A stretch of DNA of 64,000 nt from Dipteris shenzhenensis. Its lineage: Eukaryota. The notes beneath the pieces are model-generated. The model saw only the letters and a list, made by a program, of their open reading frames with translations. It made no database searches and had not been told where the DNA came from. Below are positions 41,110 through 51,541 of the stretch, in pieces. Where the stretch lies: the NCBI GenBank assembly GCA_047967505.1, contig CM106538.1; one strand, 5' to 3'. Each line of letters begins with the position of its first letter. Position 1 is the stretch's first letter. The position numbers and the translations under genes were made by a program.

Positions 41110-43000
41110 TGGTTTCTAAATATCTTCGATTCCCTCCATTGTCTATGTCTCTCTGTTGCAATTGAATTGTCTAGAGCTTGTCTTCGTCTTTGCTTTTGGG
41201 CTAGAAGAAAAGCAAGCTTGATTTTGGAGCTAGCAACTTTTCTTTTAGCATGCAACCTCTATAGTATGCCTCGGTAAAACCATTGGAAGACTTCCTTCAG
41301 ACTATTCGCCTTTTCTGACTCCCTCCATAGTGTTGTGTGTGTCTAAAAAATGCATTACGTGCCATGTAGTGAGACTTCTCCATGCCTTGGGTAGACCAAA
41401 TAGCTGGGCATCCATACTTTTTGACAAAATAGGGAAGGTGGTTGTATATGATATGCTGTAAGACATAAGAATGCATAGTAAGTAATAAAAAAAAAGAAGA
41501 TCACACTTAAGTAAAAGAAAAAGACATAACCTTACCATGTAGTGAGTTATATTGCAGGCTGTCCACGTTGAGCACTCTGCACTTTCTGGTGTGCAAAGTA
41601 CAGTTGAATTTATAGTGATCAGGCAGGCTGTCAAATCTTCTGTTCACATGGTACCTCAGCCTGTCATTGGAGACAATATGATTTAGGTGCACAAAAACCT
41701 TTTCTCCTCCCACAATTCTTCCTGCCTCTGTCAGTTCTTTGAAGGCATCCCAATAGTCTAAAAGAAAATCTTTGTGCTGCTCCAGTACAGAGCTCATTGT
41801 GAACTCCATGTTGAAAATACAGTGGTATATATGGAAGTTACTCTGAGCCTTGCATTTGTGAAGAAACTCAAATAGGAGCAAATCTGGAGAACTGTCCTCT
41901 TCTGGTTCCATTTGTTTTTTGATGGAAGAATCAGCACTCTGCTCCAGCCTCTTCTTTTTGCCTGTTCAAAAACTTATATACTATGAATTCTATATGCTGA
42001 CATATGCAATCAGTGAATGCATTGTATATCACTAGATAATTCCTTCATGACATCTCATCACTCACCTGGTGATTGCTGTGGTCTAATAATAGCAACAGAA
42101 AAGTCCAGCTTCCTCTTGAAAGGTGGGGCCTAGGAGCCAGTTGTTCCAAAACAAAAACATTTCTCATCATCAAGGAAGATTTCCACAGGGCTAAAGATAG
42201 CAAATTAATGAGGTAGAAGTGAGAAACAAATAATACACAGGAATTTGCAGCAAAATGCGATATGGGCTGTTTAGAGAATTGTAAACCACTCTCCTCGCAT
42301 TTTGTTGCAAATTCTCAAATTCTGTTCATGTGCATGTCAAATCAAGCACTTGGTTCATCTCAGTGATTCCTGGACACTATGATCTCATATGCAAGAGAAA
42401 TAATGGAATGAGTGAAACTATTCATGAGGAATGTGTCAACAACAAGAATTTGCAGCAAAATGCGATATGGGCTGTTTAGAGAACTATAAACCACTCTCCT
42501 CGCATTTTGTTGCAAATTCTCAAGTTCTGTTCATGCGCATGTCAAATCAAGCACTTGGTTCACCTCAGTGATTCCTGGACACTATGATCTCATATGCAAG
42601 AGAAATAATGGAATGAGTGAAACTTTTCATGAGCAAGGAGTCCACAACAGGAATTTGCAGCAAAATGCGATATGGGCTGTTTAGAGAATTATAAACCACT
42701 CTCCTCGCATTTTGTTGCAAATTTCTTGTTTCTATTCATATCAACCTACAATCTAATTTCTGGGTGATTTACCACATTCTTGAACAGTATTAATTGAAAA
42801 TGTAAGAAGAAGGATGGAGCTGAGTGAAGACATTGGGACATCAAAAATCCAATGGATGGAAGAAATAAATGTTGAAAAACATTGAAACCAAACTAGAATT
42901 CTGACCTTTTTTTTCCTTTTCCATGCTGATTGAGTTGCACTGGTAAATCTCCTGCTCTTTCTCTAGCTTGAACTTTGCACTCTAGGTAACCTGGAGATCT
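41110..43000 (-). pseudogene. Multi-exon cargo gene of unknown function, divergent from the H3-like gene
   Basis: Exons at about 43000-42906, 42190-42066, 41962-41533 and 41458-41110 with GT-AG boundaries; a 134-aa open core (MEPEEDSSPDLLLFEFLH...). Confidence 0.5.
42241..42725. repeat. ~205-bp tandem repeat (2.4 copies), each copy with a hairpin
   Basis: gaatttgcagcaaaatgcga...tcgcattttgttgcaaatt begins at 42241, 42446 and 42651. Confidence 0.92.
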
Positions 43001-43194
43001 GGCAGTACTGTCTTCAGGCAGGTTGCAGTCTGGATGGAGTGTGCTGGGTAGGAAAGGATCAGAGAGAAGGAAATGGAAGATGCGAGGGTCGTGGCAGGGA
43101 TGAAAGATTGGAATCCAGGGGAGGGAAAAGTGGTTGTGGTATTGATGATGAAATCATGAATGGCACAAGTTCCAAGGAATAAAGTGTACTTTCA

Positions 43195-43272
43195 CACGTG
43201 CCAAATTTCAAACTCCAAGAGATCTGAGTCCCATCCACACGTGTGAAAAACGACTAGATTCCACACGTGTGG
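43195..43272. promoter_or_regulatory. Cluster of three G-box palindromes between divergent genes
   Basis: CACGTG 43195-43200, CACACGTGTG 43236-43245, CCACACGTGTGG 43261-43272. Confidence 0.5.
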
Positions 43273-43485
43273 GATTTAGTGATTCTTTAATTCTATTTGC
43301 ACTTATTTGTGGTATCCTGTTTTAGACCTCTTGCCCTCCAGTCTCTGCTCTCTTGCCTCCCTACCTCCATACTCTGCAGCATCAGCATCTTGTCCAGCAG
43401 CACAGGTTCATCCTCAGCACAGATTACTCCTCAGCAGCACAGCACATCCACAGATAGATTCCAGGTCAGTAACAATGGGTTCTCC

Positions 43486-44421
43486 CCTTAGTCTCTACAA
43501 TCTTCTTGCCTAAAATAGAAAAAATACATCCTGTATGGAAATGCATAGACTCAAACCAAGACAGAGAAATCACTGTAGGAATGTAGATCTTCAAGTGTGA
43601 TATTTGCATGTGATCTTCTTGCATAACCTCCATTCATACTGTATTTGGTTGGAGAAACATAGAAATCACTGTAGGAGTACACCAGCATGTCATTTAAAAA
43701 ATTTGTAGCAAAATGCGATGTGGACCTGTTTGAAATTCCAAACTGCTTATATCACATTTTATTGCAAATTTCTCTATTTGGCTTCTTCCACCCCTGTGAT
43801 TGCCTTTTCTTTGTTAGAACATGTTCTGGTTTTGTGACTTTCATAGCTATAATCTTCTTGCATAAACTCCATTCATACTGTATTTGGTTGGAGAGACAAA
43901 GAAATCACTGTAGGAGTGCACCAGCATGTCATTTCAAAAATTTGCAGCAAAATGCGATGTGGACCTGTTTGAAATTCCAAACTGCTCATATCGCATTTTA
44001 TTGCAAATTTCTCTATTTGGCTTCTTCCACCCCTGTGATTGCCTTTTCTTTGTTAGAACATGTTCTGGTTTTGTGACTTACCTTAGTCTCTGCAATCTTC
44101 TTGCCTAAAATAGAAAAAATACATCCTGTATGGAAATGCATAGGCTCAAACCAAGACACGGAAATCACTGTAGGAATGCAGATCTTCAAGTGTGATATTT
44201 GCATGTGATCTTCTTGCATAACCTCCATTCATACTGTATTTGGTTGGAGAAACATAGAAATCACTGTAGGAGTGCACCAGCATTTCATTTAAAAAATTTG
44301 CAGCAAAATGCGATGTGGACCTGTTTGAAATTCCAAACTGCTCATATCGCATTTTATTGCAAATTTCTCTATTTGGCTTCTTCCACCCCTGTGATTGCCT
44401 TTTCTTTGTTAGAACATGTTC
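43486..44421. repeat. Three tandem 230-355-bp repeats in the presumed 5'-UTR intron of the H3-like gene, each with a hairpin
   Basis: Units at ~43486-43840, ~43853-44080 and ~44082-44421. Hairpin aatttgcagcaaaatgcgat..atcgcattttattgcaaatt at ~43700, 43939 and 44295. Donor ag|gtcagt ~43465; acceptor ~44459-44467. Confidence 0.9.
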
Positions 44422-44471
44422 TTCATGTCTTTGATCTCTTTCCAATCCTTTGTATGCAGTTTTTCAGAGTG

Positions 44472-45292
44472 ATGGCAAGAACCAAGTCAACTGCAAGGCA
44501 AGTTGGCAAAGGACCAGGTCTTGCAGCAACAACAGCTGGGGCAGGTACCAAGAAGTTTAGTGTGCCTCCAAAGGGAAGAGCTTCACATGGCAGGAAGGGT
44601 AAGCCAATGAGCTTGCTCAAGCAAAAGGCCAAAAGATTGAATAAGGGTGCAGGTGTGCTAAGGGAGATAAGGAGGCAACAGAAAGCCATAGGCTTTGCAA
44701 TACCCAAAGCACCCTTTCAAAGACTGGTGAGAGAAATTTGTGACAGTTGGAACCTTGGGTTCAGGTGGAATAGAACTGCCATTCTTTCCTTGCAGGAAAT
44801 GGCAGAGGATTACCTGGAGAAATATTTTGAGGATGCAATGCTTGTAGCAGCCCATGCTCACAGGGTGACTTTGATGGCCAAAGATTTCAACACTTTGTCC
44901 AGAGTGAGATGGAGGTATGACAAGCTAGTTCATCCTGTGGAATGGCAGGACATCAAAATGAGAGATATATTGCTAATTCCACCTACAAGGAAGGTGAAGG
45001 TTGATGAGGTAAAGGTTGTTGAGGTAACACACTCAAAGAACACCAGAGGGAAGGCTGCTTATGAGGACTCACTGAAGCAGCAAATAAAAGAAACAAAATC
45101 TGTTATAGATGTGGAGACTGGAAAGAAGGAGCTACAAATACATAGAAGGTTGAAGGAGCTGGGCCCTGATGTAGTTGTACATATTGAGGATGAAGTTTCA
45201 GTCAATGATTTTGATTTGACAAAACAATGCTTAGCAGCATTGGCTAACAAGAATGAGTATTGCTCAGATACTATCATTCTTGCAATGCTCTA
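44472..45292 (+). CDS. Histone H3-like domain plus linker (exon 1 of an H3-Ulp1 fusion gene); open frame
   Basis: MARTKSTARQ...VLREIRRQQK..IPKAPFQRLVREI..RWNRTAILSLQEMAEDYL..FEDAML.AAHAHRVTLMAKDF aligns to the H3 fold without gaps (to ~44909). It continues ~125 aa to YCSDTIILAML, where the apparent TAG overlaps a TA|GTGAGT donor. Confidence 0.92.
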
Positions 45293-45383
45293 GTGAGTGT
45301 CTTTAAATTTTACATTTTTTGCAAATCAATCCTCCTTGTAACTCCTTTATAACCTACCCTAATTATGTTCTGATCCTATGCGG

Positions 45384-46572
45384 CATGATGAGAAGCTGGC
45401 TTCACCCCTCTGTACAACATACAGTCCATATTGTTGATCCAGCCATTTCTTCTAGATTAAGAGATGCAAAGGAGACTCCCATGAGTATTTCCAGCTGGTT
45501 CAAACACTGCAATTTTGAAGTAATTGACATTTTGCTACTTCCATACCATAGCAGGTATGTGGGTGACTACTTCTTTTAAGATTCTTCTTTAATATTGGGA
45601 ACTCTTGTAGCCTTTCATTTTCTTATGCTTTTTTCCTTATGCAGTGACCACTGGAGTTTTGTGTCTATTGACATCCAACAGGAGCAATGCACTTTCTATT
45701 CAACTCTCTAAAAAACACACACAGAGAGCTGAAATTGTAAGTGTTGTGTGTGCTTTTTGAACTTAAAACTTCATTATTTTGATACCATACTAACTAAATT
45801 ATACATATTGCAGTTGTATTAGAAGGCTATTAGATGCATTGGATCATTGTCCTCCAAATGTCTCTCTGTTGGATTCAATAGAGCCAATAAGTCTAGAGGT
45901 AAAAAGTCTATTAAATGCTATGTCTTTGAACTTATTGAATAATTTTGTTTTGTGCTGATGCTCACAGTTTCTAACATTTTTTTCTAACTGTACAAACACC
46001 ACAACAAAATGATTCAAGTAGCTGTGGATGGAGGGTGCTGATCAATGCAAAATATATACTTTCAAGCTACTTTGAAAAGGAACAGCCAGATCTGGTAAGG
46101 AAAAATACTTTTCATTTAGCTTGAAGATAATTCATAATGATACAAAGTGTTCTAAATTATCCTCTGCCATTGCAGATGAAAGAGGATAGCTTCAGCCCCA
46201 ACTATGTACATAATTTTAGAGCTCATACAATTTGGAGGTTTTTGAGCTATGCCTCCCCCAAACCTATTGTACCAGCTACTGTGGAGCTGGGTGAAAGCTC
46301 TAAAGTACAAGAAGGTGTCATACACCTTGATCCCACATATGAAGCACCTAATGCTGAGGACTAGAAGCCACAGGAGCAATCACAGAGTGCTGAGGAGGAG
46401 CAGACACAGGAGCAAAGACCTGCTACTGATGTTGAGGAGAAGGTGGAGAAGCAGCAAAGAGAGGCTTCTGGGGCAGTGGAGGAGACAGGATGGAGCACGG
46501 ACAGGATGGAGCAGCAGAGAGAAGATCCTCCAGAAAATGTAGAGCAGCCTCTGGATGAAACTGTACATAAAT
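45384..46572 (+). pseudogene. Ulp1/SENP (C48) cysteine-protease exons and acidic tail of the H3-Ulp1 fusion
   Basis: Phase-compatible exons 45384-45554, 45645-45736, 45814-45898, 45996-46094 and 46176-46572 give IDILLLPYHSSDHWSFVSID..Y/NSL..TPQQNDSSSCGWRVLINA..VHNFRAH. Lesions: 1-nt deletion ~45700, two decayed acceptors (45382, 45995), TAG at 46362. Confidence 0.82.
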
Positions 46573-46658
46573 AGAAAATGGATGTTAGAAATATGTTCTA
46601 CAGATTCAGCTAAACAATTCTGTACAAAATCTTACTTGATTGAATACAAAACCTTTCT

Positions 46659-48097
46659 TTATGGAGTCTGTGTTATCTCAATTTTAAAATTTTCTATGTC
46701 TTTGCATTTAACTGAGCTCTCTCTTCTTCTGAGTAACTGCGAAAAAGCAATATGAATTAGAGTGGTAAATTAAACTAATAGCAATGCTTAATGAGACTAG
46801 GATAAATCAGATGGTGTACCTTTCTGTTCTTGTAGATAAATAAAAAGTCGTTTGAGATAGAACCTTCAGTCTCAAACAGAATGTCACTGCGCAATTGAGC
46901 TAGGGAGCAACATTCTCTTAACGAGATATTGGCTACCACATCACCATTCTCAACAACATCAATATCAATAAGTTTATTTTCTGCACCAAAAGACTCTTCA
47001 TCTTGATCCATTGGGACAAGCTTTGTGCCTAGCATTCGACTGCGCTTGTAATAAAAAGAGAAAATAAAATTTTGTGATGCAACCATGTACTTCAGTTGCA
47101 TAGAAGGTTGGACCACCTCACAAAACACTGAACTACATGTCTTCTTATCCCAACCTTTATCCAAAAATTGTGGCATGCATGCCGAATTTGTTGCTTTAGC
47201 TGTGAACATTGTTTTTGAAACCTTTACTGGAAAGGTATTAAACAAGTCTACAAAAACTGTGAGAGGCATGCACAAAGAAATTTTTACTATCCTAGTGGCA
47301 ATATTGGGCCTCAGAGCTTTCTGTACTTCTGTAAAAAGCTTTGCCCTATATGCCTCTGTAACACTAGAATGTGGGTGAGGCCAATCCACCGAATTCCATG
47401 CCGGAAGGTCTTGTTTTATTAATACACCATGTGTGTTAGCTTTGTCCAGAAACTGATAAAAATGATCAGTAAAAAATATACCCGATTGAGCTAGCTCTGT
47501 TGCACATCGACCTTGGTATTGTTGTTCTCCTATCGATCCATGCAGAACATCTATAAATCCCAGAATACAATCGATGTTTTGCCATGTCTCATACGATGAA
47601 GGATATAAATCTGAAATAAAACAACACAAGAATGTCAATAAGTTAAGAGAGAAAGCTTCATCTTAAAAATCCATACACCTCATGAAGAAAAAAACCACAA
47701 TAGAAAAATATACAATTAGGCCTGTGTTGCGGAAGATTTTTTGGATAGTCTCACAAGACAAGTTCTTTATGCATGTACACGTGCTGAATCAAAACTTCTT
47801 TCACGGATATCTTCCCTTTGGTGATTTTAAAATCTCGTACTCTTCCCTTCCACGATGCCAAGAAAATGTTTTTTGTCTGGGGTCTTTTTCTTTTGCTAGG
47901 TTGCATGAGCACCCATGCTCCTTTCGAAACACTAAACCTTTCCCAAGTTCCTTCTGTTTTGACTGTACTTGAATTCTCTACCGACGAAATGAAGAAGCAG
48001 GTCGACGGGGTAAGGATGTTTGGTATAATTCTGCCTTCGTAGCATTATCATCCACAGAGCGTCTTCCACAAGAACGACCGTGGTTTTGGTTCACCAT
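46659..48097 (-). pseudogene. Probable BAH-domain protein with C-terminal ubiquitin-like domain (exons ~48097-47714, 47610-46820, 46736-46659)
   Basis: Spliced translation FSVSKGAWVLMQPS..WKGRVRDF..VLIQHVYMHKEL..RPNYLYPSSYETWQNIDCILGFIDVLH..GIFFTDHFY follows the BAH pattern. The C-terminus SLAQLRSDI..FLFIYKNRKLLRRRES looks beta-grasp-like. One in-frame TGA (~47751) and a 5' frameshift. Confidence 0.55.
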
Positions 48098-48599
48098 GGA
48101 GATTTTCTGAATCTGTAACAATAGCAAAGTAATGTAACTAAGATAACAATTTGAAGTTTCAAGAAAGAGAAAGTGGGCAAACAGACAGTTGACGAGAAAC
48201 ATCTTACTCTACGCCAAACAGGATCAAGGGAGCAGTTTTGGAAAAGAAAGGCTGTTGCACAATGAGGCAATGGTGTAGAATGGTAGACCTTTCGCACGAA
48301 AGGCGGCACAACATTTGAAAATTCAAAGGAAGGTGGAAGCGGGAAGGATCTTGTCAGATAAAATGTCAGTTTAGATTCTATCTTCTTGTCCAAAGATCTT
48401 CTAAGAATAAAAAACCAATCTCCTCATTAATGTAGCACGCTTGTACTTACATAAAGTATTGTTTCTTTTTTCTATTTTCGTGAATTTTCAACGTTACGTT
48501 GGCCTTCTATTGATTGGTTGAGAGCTTATTTTTCCAAACCGTAAAAGGCCCCAAAATGAGCTCCCTTTTTTCCTAATGCATTGGATGGTCACCACAAGG

Positions 48600-49560
48600 G
48601 CCGCCCTGGAGACTGATCTCATAAACTACATCAAAGAAGGAAATGTGTATGCTACCGGCATGGCAGTTGCTCAGTTCATCCTTCACAAATTTCCCTAAAT
48701 ATCTACAAGTGTCACTCCCACCTCATATGGGGGCTTACATGTGGGGAGTTGATCCTTACTCTCCAACACTAGCATCTCCTTCTCAAGCATCCTTCTCAAG
48801 CATTGGACTTCCTGTACATCATTCCACTTTTGGATTCATAAGCAAGTGGGTGACCACCCTGCATCAACACCCCACCTAAGACAAATTGGAATCTGAGACT
48901 GTACGAATTCGAAGAGGTGATGCAGCTTACCATCTTTATCTCTCAAATGCCTTGGTGCCATTCAAGCTTATAGCTTACTCTCTTAATTGTCAAATCTGTC
49001 AATCGTGACACTATAATTTTTCACAAAATGCATGTTCAACTTGCAGCCCAGAATTCTCTGATTCTTTCTCACCCTATAAAGCTTGCTTTCCCGTCATCTT
49101 GCAAAGACCACCTTTATTACAAGCCCCAACTAAACACTACAAACTCATCAATGTAGAGTATTATAACATCATCAAAGTACTCACAACACAACAGAAGCAG
49201 GGGTGAGGTCAAAGGACATTACCAACTCATATATTGTTCAAAATGTAGGCTTCTCCACATCCTCCTCTGCCATTCAGAACAAGTCAATATGACTAATGTA
49301 TTCTACTCTGATGTCCTCCAACATTGGCATTGGTGCTTGTTCTTTATTTTTACATTTTAAAAGCTTGATACACTCATTTTCCCAACAAGGCCTAATGAAG
49401 TTGCCCTCCTCAAACTCATTCATTTGTTTCTTCAACTCTCAAAACTATAAAGCTCTCACATAGTATGGAGCTTTTACTGACGTGATTCAATGGTCGCACC
49501 TGGGGCTCTTCTATCTGTGATTTGATCACCTTGTCTACAATCTCCATCCTCATTTACTAG
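48600..49560 (+). pseudogene. Heavily decayed gypsy-type pol (RT/RNase H) remnant
   Basis: ctctgatgtcctccaacattggcattggtgct resembles the RNase H motif TDASNIGIGA; otherwise fragmentary. Confidence 0.35.
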
Positions 49561-49829
49561 GAGTGTGCGATGCATGAGCACGAGTGCAAAGCTAGCATGC
49601 TATTTAAAGCAATCCTTGAGGAAGCGATCTTCTCCAAGTGGCCAGAATCTACTCCCAAAAAGAGTTTCACCTGTGTACTACAAAGTAGAACTGAATTTTC
49701 CTAGAAGATGTACGGGTGCTGGCTAGAAAAAGAGAAAAGTCATGTGCTTGCACTTGGCAAAAGTGAAAATGTTGGCCATCCGTCCTGTCCCCAAAGTCTT
49801 AGGATTGGAATATGAAAGTACTACCAACG

Positions 49830-49873
49830 AACTCAGTGACCTGAGATGAGTTCTCCTCTCAGGTCACTGAGTT
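49830..49873. repeat. Perfect 17-bp-stem hairpin
   Basis: AACTCAGTGACCTGAGA (49830-49846), 10-nt loop, TCTCAGGTCACTGAGTT (49857-49873). Confidence 0.9.
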
Positions 49874-50015
49874 AAATCAAATTTCAATGCAGAGATGCAG
49901 GGTGTGGAGGGGCAAATGAGCAATGCCACACCTTAATTTCAAGATTTGGAGAAATTAGGAAGGACGAAAACAGCAAGAAAGAAGAAGATCGAGTTGAGGT
50001 GCAGTGCGGAGATAC

Positions 50016-50574
50016 CTAGAAAAGATTTGTAAGCGTCTCGATCGAAGCAGTCTTGTCAAACAACCTCATATGAATGGATGACGAATGCCCTATAAACAAA
50101 TTTGTTCTCCACGAATCTTCCCCTTTCCAATGCATCTAGTGGAATCTAACGCTTCTCCTTCTCCTTTTGCAGCTTACCCAATAGAGCTACATCGATTACT
50201 GCCACTGCAGCATCTAGATGGCTTCCCGTGTCGGAAGAAACTGACAACACTACGGCCTCCTTCGACATTGTCGTAGGACATTGTCGTAGAGCAGCAACAG
50301 CACTTATCATGCTTTCCAATTTGCCATCCAACAACACTTATCTGCCTCCACCTTGCTCTGGTTCGGCCTCGAGTTCACCTTTGAGAAATTGCTCGCAACT
50401 GCCCTGATGCAATGTACCCTCCTCCCCTTGCTACTGCTGCTTCTGCTGCTGGAAAGAAGAAGTCCCCGCTTCCCGGCCCATGAGCCGACTTGGCCAAATC
50501 GTGCATCTGGATGCTTGCCACACATTGGCATGTGGCTTAGCGCAGAGAGACATCACGGTGGTTGTAGCTTCCAT
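50016..50574 (-). pseudogene. Acyl-ACP thioesterase (FAT family) first-exon pseudogene fragment
   Basis: LDALERGRFVENKFVYRAFVIHSYEV/FDKTASIETLTNLF* followed by a GT donor matches the plant FAT motif GR.V....V.RQ.F.IRSYE.G.D.TASIETL.N..QE. Frameshifts and stops present. Confidence 0.8.
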
Positions 50575-51541
50575 GGTGGCTTAAAATGTCAAGGAGCATC
50601 TATAAGAGAAGGGCGCACTGAGCAAACAAGAGCTCGAAGCAACAGGGCAAGACGTCCTCATTTGCAGAGATGTGGAAGTCAGAGCAGGGGAAAGAAACTT
50701 GTGAGGGAAAATCCAAAAATTGATTTCGTGTATTATGATAAATCGTATGCTTTTTTTTTAATTAAATAAAACCATGCCGACTTATATTAAAGAAGGAAAA
50801 GAAGGATATACAAAAATGGGCCAAGAAAGGGGCCGAGCCCTAGGCCTAAGCTTATGTTAGCAGGGCCCAACCTCCAAGACTAACCCATCTTATCAGCTAC
50901 TTGAACTAAACAGTCAGATAACAAAGAGTCAATGGACCTATAAATACTAGCCAAGTCCATTATAGTAGTCCTACACAATGCCAAAAGAGCCGAATCTATA
51001 TAGCCAAAAGACTTAAGTTGAGCTAAGCATAGCTCATTGCGCACAGACAAGATTGTCTTTACCACGACAGCATGGACCAGGGGCCAGCAGGCTGCTAGAG
51101 TTGAGGGGAGCCCCTGAACGTCACCAAGTAACAATAGCTTTCAGTTTGTGCCCACATTAACCCTGAACTCCTAATAGCCAATTCCACCTTATTCTAAGGC
51201 GCTCTTGAAGTTGGACATCGTATGCTTTACGTTTTGCATTTTTTGGCATTTTGGTTGGATTGAATTTTTTTTTCAAGCTTTGGATGACTTGGCATTAGCT
51301 TTCGAGAAAGAAACATGGTTTTGAAAATGACAGAAAAATACATTTACTAATTTTAGGTTCAATAAGTAAATATCAGTGACATCCACTTCCAGAAATTGAT
51401 GTACATAATGAAGCAATGAAGTTCATACAATAACTAAGACTATTTAAAAACCTTGCAAAGGTCTTTAAAAAATCAGTTTTAATGTCCTTGCAATGTATCA
51501 GGTAGATCACATGCCGTATGTGCCACCAGGGAACAAGAATG

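Larger units (their letters stand above)
37053..48578 (+). mobile_element. Large TIR DNA transposon with RAG1/Transib-like transposase and multiple cargo genes
   Basis: 32-bp TIRs: CATTAGGGAAAAAGGGAACTCATTTTGGGGCC (37053-37084) vs reverse complement of 48547-48578, 2 mismatches. The transposase starts ~370 bp inside the left TIR. No TSD seen. Confidence 0.85.

Noticed and set aside
42241-44421. CRISPR-like array
   Set aside because: The sequences between palindromes are themselves repeated, units exceed 200 bp, there are no cas genes, and the context is eukaryotic.
44199-44471. N-terminal 91 aa of the 364-aa ORF
   Set aside because: It is translated tandem repeat upstream of a splice acceptor; the H3-like start MARTK is at 44472.
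44472-44909. Calling this the host CENH3 or a canonical H3 gene
   Set aside because: The fold is intronless, loop 1 has canonical length, there is a long C-terminal extension, and it lies inside TIRs.
37040-48590. Target-site duplication for the TIR element
   Set aside because: No 2-9-bp direct repeat flanks the TIRs.
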